A DNA stretch of 12,154 nt from an uncultured Thermococci archaeon (GTDB taxonomy: Archaea; Methanobacteriota_B; Thermococci; Thermococcales; Thermococcaceae), in NCBI GenBank assembly GCA_964487115.1, contig CAZAPD010000058.1, forward strand, positions 1 through 12,154. The letters are read 5' to 3'. The translations under genes and the position numbers were made by a program. The notes beneath the pieces are model-generated. The model did no database searches. It was not told where the DNA came from and was given only the letters and a program-made list of their open reading frames with translations. Below, piece after piece: positions 7,146 through 12,154 of this stretch (position 1 is the first letter of the stretch; each line of letters opens with the position of its first letter).

Positions 7146-7661
7146 TCACTCAAAAACAACGAACTTTTCTTTAGGAATACCACAAATAGGGCACCTATCT
7201 GGAGCATCATTAACTGCGGTATATCCGCAGACCGGACAGATGTAGATTTTCTTTATCTCGATGTCCTTTCCGCTCTCGGCAAGTTCTTTTGCCTTCTTAT
7301 AGAGTTCTGCGTGTATCTTCTCGGCTTCGAGGGCATAATGTGTAGTCCTGACGGCGTCCCTCTCGCCTTGAAACTCAGCTGCATTCTTGAAGACTGGGTA
7401 CATCTCCTCGACCTCGTAGGTCTCGCCGTCTATTCCTGCCTGAAGATTCTCTGGGGTTTTGCCCAAATGCTCAAGGGCAATAAAATGGTTTTTGGCATGA
7501 ACAAACTCGGCGTGGGCTATAGCCCTAAAGAGCTTTGCTATGTTGGAGAATCCTTCTTTCTCGGCCTGCTCAGCAAAAATCAGATATTTCATATGGGCCA
7601 TGCTCTCTCCAGCAAATGCATCCTCCAAAAACTTCCGAGTCATTTCCCTCTTTACTCTCAT
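7146..7661 (-). CDS. rbr: Rubrerythrin, 171 aa
   Basis: AFAGESMA, AEFVHA, GETYE and AEKIHA diiron motifs plus a C-terminal CPVCGY...CPICG rubredoxin domain. ATG 7661 with RBS GGTGA. Confidence 0.96.
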   Translation of the reverse strand: MRVKREMTRKFLEDAFAGESMAHMKYLIFAEQAEKEGFSNIAKLFRAIAHAEFVHAKNHFIALEHLGKTPENLQAGIDGETYEVEEMYPVFKNAAEFQGERDAVRTTHYALEAEKIHAELYKKAKELAESGKDIEIKKIYICPVCGYTAVNDAPDRCPICGIPKEKFVVFE

Positions 7662-7800
7662 ATTTATCACCTACAAACGTTGTTGCGTTAATATCTTCGT
7701 GTATTGAGTATATAACAATTTTCCGGATCAAAAGTCGATGAAATTTACACTTCAGCCAATAGATATTCCTTGGGCTTCTGTTCTGTATCCAAAAACGGAG

Positions 7801-9030
7801 TCAAGAGAGCCATGACACAAGCTTTTTAACACCTTCCCTCAGCCTTTCTTCATCATGTACTCGCGGCATGCCTTGGCTTTCAACTGTATCAACGTGGTCG
7901 AACTTGCTTCTTGTAATAAGGGTTTCTATCTTCTTGCCGGCAACACCGGCCCATCCAAAGGCACCGATGATGAGAACAGGCTTCTCATAGTTGGCTTTGT
8001 CCACTATTTCGTAGAGGGTGTAGCGTATCCTTGGATGTATTTCCGCTTCATATGTTGATGCTCCTATTATTATTGCCTCGCTGTCAGGAACATCTCCGAG
8101 AATATCGCTTATCGCAGGGGCTTCCTTATCTGTGAATTTATAAACGACAGGTTTCAATCCATATTTTTCCAGCTCGTCTATAATGAGGTTTATCCTCTTC
8201 TCGACGAAACCATACATAGAGTCGTAGATTACGAGAACTTTGCCCTTTGTGGTTTTTCCTGCACCGACAGCCTCATAGTGTTCGAATATCCGCATCGGAT
8301 TCTTTCTCCATATGAGGCCATGGCCGGGGAGTATCATTTTTGCATCTTCAATTATGCCGAGGTTTTTGAGCTTTTTGATGTTCTGGACGATATACCTGTG
8401 ATAGTGACCGATAACTGTGACGATATACTTCGTTACATGTGGCAGATAGCTTTGAACAACCTCTTCATCACTGTCATCTATCGTTTCCGGAATCCCGTAG
8501 CCGCCTCCAGCGTCACAGGAGAAAATGAGCTTGTCCTCGACGATGTAGGTTATCATGGTGTCCGGCCAGTGGAGCCATGGGACAGTTATAAAGCGGAAAG
8601 TTTTGTTGCTGATTTGTATTTCCTCACCGTCCTTGATGGGATGAAAGTCCTTAACGACATTCCCACCATAGAATCCCTCAAGGAAACGCTTGGCAAAACT
8701 CGTTCCTATGAGCTGGGCTCTGTAGTCGTTGGCCTCAAGAAACGCCGGCAGAACTCCAGTATGATCAGGTTCAGTGTGGTGGATTATCACATGGGTTACC
8801 TCTTTTGGGTCGACAAGTTTTTTTAATGCATCCATAAAGAGGTCAGTATATTCTTTTTTGCTCAAGTCAAAAAGAACTGTTGCCCCCTTAAGCTTCATGA
8901 GGTAAGCGTTGTACGTTATTCCCTCTGGAATATCCCACGTCGCTTCAAAATACCTTATCTTATCATCCTCAACTCGGATTATATAGAGTTCCGGATCATC
9001 GAGGATCTGTTTAACCTTTACATTCGGCAT
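7801..9030 (-). CDS. fprA: FprA-family flavodiiron protein (A-type flavoprotein)
   Basis: Metallo-beta-lactamase domain (HTEPDH, LHWPD, FSCDA, PGHG) plus flavodoxin domain (YDSMYG, GAFGW). Likely start ATG 9030 with RBS GGTGA at 9036..9040. Confidence 0.94.
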   Translation of the reverse strand: MPNVKVKQILDDPELYIIRVEDDKIRYFEATWDIPEGITYNAYLMKLKGATVLFDLSKKEYTDLFMDALKKLVDPKEVTHVIIHHTEPDHTGVLPAFLEANDYRAQLIGTSFAKRFLEGFYGGNVVKDFHPIKDGEEIQISNKTFRFITVPWLHWPDTMITYIVEDKLIFSCDAGGGYGIPETIDDSDEEVVQSYLPHVTKYIVTVIGHYHRYIVQNIKKLKNLGIIEDAKMILPGHGLIWRKNPMRIFEHYEAVGAGKTTKGKVLVIYDSMYGFVEKRINLIIDELEKYGLKPVVYKFTDKEAPAISDILGDVPDSEAIIIGASTYEAEIHPRIRYTLYEIVDKANYEKPVLIIGAFGWAGVAGKKIETLITRSKFDHVDTVESQGMPRVHDEERLREGVKKLVSWLS

Positions 9031-9108
9031 ATCAATCACCGACACCTATTTGGTGTGGAAGCATAAAAACTCTTTCCTATAAACCTGGGCAGGTTAAATC
9101 TCTGGTCA

Positions 9109-10386
9109 TCAGAGTTTTGAAAGCGATTCAAAGAGCGAGCTCCAGAGCTTAAGCGGTGTGAGTTCGGTGAGCATAAGAAAGCCAAGGGTTATCAGCATGA
9201 TTCCAAGGGCAATTTCCCATCTGGCTTTACTCCCTCCCAGCGAGACCTTTCCGGAGAAAAATCTCCTGTTTACCCACTCGCCCAAATCCTTTGAGGCCGT
9301 CAGCAGGTAAATGGTAAGACCCATTCCAAGGCCGTATGTACCCATCACTATTATTCCACTCAGAGTGTTCCCGCTCAGTGCAGCTGTTATCACAGCGAAG
9401 CCGACGTAGGGGGCTATACAACCAAGCCATGTACCACCTAAGGCTGAGCCAAGGGCGAAGTCATAGATTATTCCTCTCTTTGATGTCACCCTGTTCGTAA
9501 CCGAGAAGCTCAGTATTCTTTCTATCTTCGTGCTTACCCTCTGGCTGATAAAGCTCGTGCCGATAATTATGAAGCCGATTCCGCCGATTAGATAGAGTGC
9601 TCCCTGTATCCGGGAGGCATAGCTGCCGAAACTTCCAACAAGTGCCCCGAGGAGGGCGAATGATGTTACCATTCCAGCTATTATCGCCTCGACTTTTCTC
9701 CTCGCAAAGGTGAGAGATAGGGTCCCGATTATAATGGGTAAGACGCAGGGGGAGAAGACGCTCACTATTCCAGCAGAGAATATCGGGAGCAGGACAGCGA
9801 GACTTAAACTGCTCCTCTTCTCCTTCTTTAGCTTTTCTTCCCTGCTCGTTGAAACTGTTGTTTGGCCGTTTTTTCCAGTTGCTTTCTTCACGAAATATGC
9901 TAAACCATTGGGGTTCAATGCACCCACATCCACTCCTCTCAGAATCATCGTCCCATTATCCGCCTTGAAGATCACCATCGTCGGTGTTCCGGGAACGCCA
10001 ACGTTTATCTCCTCTCCGGGATTCTTGGGTCTATAATAGCCAACGTTTTCGGGCTGAATGACTATTACTGGATCATGAACCCTGTACTGGAGTGTTGTAA
10101 TAGAACGCCCTCTGTAGACATCCACTGAAACAAGGACAAGCCCATTGAGGACTTTCCTTGCCTCTTCACTTGGAAAGACATTCGTCTTCATATACTGACA
10201 GGCAGGACATCTTTCAGAGTGGTAAAATATGAAGAAGTATTCTCCATTATGTGAAGAAATCAGCTCCTGAAGCTCCTTATAACTTGTTACGTCATAAAAC
10301 GATAGATCACCGTATTTAACGGTTCCAGCACTTATAAATCCGGCAAACAGCGATAGAAACATGAACATCAACAATATTCTGCGCAC
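9109..10386 (-). CDS. Thioredoxin-like domain fused to a CcdA/DsbD-beta transmembrane domain
   Basis: N-terminal signal-like hydrophobic stretch, then HSERCPACQYMK (CxxC) and PGTPT (cis-Pro loop), then FSPCVLP and WLGCIAP redox cysteines in a multi-TM domain. Confidence 0.85.
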   Translation of the reverse strand: MRRILLMFMFLSLFAGFISAGTVKYGDLSFYDVTSYKELQELISSHNGEYFFIFYHSERCPACQYMKTNVFPSEEARKVLNGLVLVSVDVYRGRSITTLQYRVHDPVIVIQPENVGYYRPKNPGEEINVGVPGTPTMVIFKADNGTMILRGVDVGALNPNGLAYFVKKATGKNGQTTVSTSREEKLKKEKRSSLSLAVLLPIFSAGIVSVFSPCVLPIIIGTLSLTFARRKVEAIIAGMVTSFALLGALVGSFGSYASRIQGALYLIGGIGFIIIGTSFISQRVSTKIERILSFSVTNRVTSKRGIIYDFALGSALGGTWLGCIAPYVGFAVITAALSGNTLSGIIVMGTYGLGMGLTIYLLTASKDLGEWVNRRFFSGKVSLGGSKARWEIALGIMLITLGFLMLTELTPLKLWSSLFESLSKL

Positions 10387-10453
10387 CTATTTCACCTGAA
10401 AAATATTGAAATGATAGTTAAAAAGTCTTTTTTTGAAGCTTCCCTCAGATGTA

Positions 10454-10996
10454 TCATCCTGTTTTCCATGGCTTTCCAAAACGGTTATAACTGACCTTAT
10501 TCCATTCAAAAACTTCAGTGCTACGGGGATTTTTCTTCTCCGCGGGATATCCGATTCCAATGATACATAGAACTCTATAGCTTTCAGGGATTTCGAGAAG
10601 CTCACGGACGTACTCCTCGGCACTTTTTTCATCGTTGTGCATTCGGTTTCTTATCTGCACCCAGAAGGCTCCAAGTCCGAGGTCAAAGGCAGCTAACTGA
10701 ATGTGTTCGGCCGCTATGCTTGAATCTTCCACCCAGACGTCGCTTCTGCTCTCATCAGCTGTGATTACTATCGCCAGTGAAGATGTTGCAAGACCTGAAG
10801 CCCCCAGCTTAGCTTCGGAAAGTTTTTGGAGAATTTCATGATCATCTATAACGAGGAAGTGCCATGGCCTTTTGTTAAAGGAGCTTGGTGATAGAAAAGC
10901 TGCATAGAGAAGCTTCTCAACAAGCTCTTTCGAGAGGGCCCTATTCTGAAAACGCCTGATACTTCTCCTTCTTTTCAACACTTCAAAGAACTCCAT
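10454..10996 (-). CDS. Nitroreductase-family flavoprotein
   Basis: KRRRSIRRF, SPSSFNKRPWHF, LAAFDLGLGAFW and IGIGYP. RBS GGTGGT. Confidence 0.93.
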   Translation of the reverse strand: MEFFEVLKRRRSIRRFQNRALSKELVEKLLYAAFLSPSSFNKRPWHFLVIDDHEILQKLSEAKLGASGLATSSLAIVITADESRSDVWVEDSSIAAEHIQLAAFDLGLGAFWVQIRNRMHNDEKSAEEYVRELLEIPESYRVLCIIGIGYPAEKKNPRSTEVFEWNKVSYNRFGKPWKTG

Positions 10997-11120
10997 GATA
11001 CCACCAGTTGACGTTGTTTAAGGTGATTTAATACCCTTCCGTCGTTTCTCAAAAATGTCCAGAACCTTTGGTTTTCAAAAGTCTTTTTTGAATTCCTGAG
11101 AAAGCTCCAATGGTGAGATC

Positions 11121-12089
11121 ATGCAGGTGAGAATGGAATTTTCGAGGCACTTCCCGATCATAGGAATCGAAGGACAGAGGAAGCTGAGCGAGAGCACAGT
11201 AGCAGTCATCGGGGCTGGAGCCTTGGGTAGCTGGGAGGTTTACTTCCTCCACAAGCTCGGCGTGGGAAGGATAGTTGGCATTGACAGAGACTTCGTCGAT
11301 GAGAGTGACCTCCCGAGGACGATATACACCAGAGAGGACGTCGGAAAGCCGAAGGTTGAGGTTCTGAAGGAGAGGTTTGGTGTCATAGGGCACTTCGAAG
11401 ATCTCAACCCGGGGACGGTGGGTTTACTCGATGAAGCTGACCTCATAATCGACGGGACCGACAACATCTATACCCGCCAGGTGATAAACGACTACGCAGT
11501 CAAAAACAACAAGCCGTGGATTTACGTGGGTGTTCTATCAACATACGGCAACATAATGCCGGTAATCCCCGGAAAAACCGCCTGTTTCCGCTGCCTGATG
11601 CCCAAGCTCCCGGAGAGGCCTCTGCCGACCTGCGCGATAGCCGGTATAATGAGCTACGTACCGAGCTTTGCGGCATCTCTGGCCGTTGCACTGGCGGCAA
11701 GGATTCTGCTCGGACAGGAGATGGAGAGCGAGCTCATATTCTTTGACCTCAGGAGCATGGACTTCGAGAGGATCAAGATACCGAGGAGGGAAGACTGCCC
11801 CGCCTGCGTGAGGAAGGAACTCACGTTTCTCGAAAAGCGGATAAAGGTCGAGCGCATGTGCGACGGTTCAATACAGGTGACTCCTCCCGGGAGGATGAGC
11901 ATCAACCTTGACGAGTTTGCGGAGCGGCTTGAGAAGCTCGGCATCGAATACCTGAAGACGAGCCGGTTCATTCAGTTCGAGGATGATTATGCCGAGATAC
12001 TGGTGTTCAAGACCGGTAGAATGATAATTAGGGGAGCAGATGACGAAAAAGAGGCAAAGAACTTCTTCGTCCGTTACTTAGGGCTCTAA
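11121..12089 (+). CDS. ThiF/MoeB-family adenylyltransferase (E1-like) with a C-terminal extension
   Basis: VIGAGALG, IDRDFV, IIDGTDN, zinc motifs CFRC and CPAC, and LPTCAIAG. RBS GGTGA. Confidence 0.92.
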   Translation: MQVRMEFSRHFPIIGIEGQRKLSESTVAVIGAGALGSWEVYFLHKLGVGRIVGIDRDFVDESDLPRTIYTREDVGKPKVEVLKERFGVIGHFEDLNPGTVGLLDEADLIIDGTDNIYTRQVINDYAVKNNKPWIYVGVLSTYGNIMPVIPGKTACFRCLMPKLPERPLPTCAIAGIMSYVPSFAASLAVALAARILLGQEMESELIFFDLRSMDFERIKIPRREDCPACVRKELTFLEKRIKVERMCDGSIQVTPPGRMSINLDEFAERLEKLGIEYLKTSRFIQFEDDYAEILVFKTGRMIIRGADDEKEAKNFFVRYLGL

Positions 12090-12103
12090 AAGTTATTCCA
12101 CCT

Positions 12104-12125
12104 CTTGACTTTTTTACTCAAATTT
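12104..12125 (+). terminator. Possible oligo-T terminator
   Basis: A T-run (GACTTTTTTAC) about 20 nt after the ThiF/MoeB stop. Confidence 0.35.
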
Positions 12126-12154
12126 GTGGAGAAAGGTTTTAAAAGTGTGCTTTC

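Noticed and set aside
9042..9056. Inverted repeat ACACC-n5-GGTGT upstream of fprA
   Set aside because: Only 5-bp arms and a single copy; could be an operator but is unsupported.
4060..11971. Remaining short overlapping or antisense ORFs (e.g. 6578..7105, 7311..7691, 8278..8826, 9710..10036, 10387..10632, 11049..11393, 11654..11971)
   Set aside because: They overlap well-supported genes and show no recognisable motifs.
1..12154. tRNA, rRNA, transposase or integrase
   Set aside because: None recognised; intergenic regions are short and AT-rich, unlike structural RNAs of hyperthermophiles.

Overview
This is an archaeal window, most likely Thermococcales, judged from GGTGA/GGAGG ribosome-binding sites, BRE/TATA promoters and protein style. 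The left part is the start of a minus-strand histidine operon (hisZ, short hisG, hisD running off the edge). The rest is an oxidative-stress/iron/redox neighbourhood: a decayed ferritin-like gene, a GNAT, two ferritin-like genes, two DUF59 genes, a membrane protein, a small winged-HTH protein, superoxide reductase, rubredoxin (absent from the ORF track), rubrerythrin, an FprA flavodiiron protein, a thioredoxin-CcdA/DsbD fusion, a nitroreductase and a ThiF/MoeB-family E1 enzyme. The standout is a 34-codon ORF (2678..2782, minus) missing from the track. It lies between a BRE/TATA promoter and hisZ, has a strong RBS, and ends in Tyr-Tyr-His-His-His-stop. It is followed by a 75-nt spacer carrying AUUC repeats and a hairpin next to the hisZ RBS. 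This looks like a histidine-sensing leader peptide (attenuator) in an archaeon. All calls come from reading the sequence; no searches were run.
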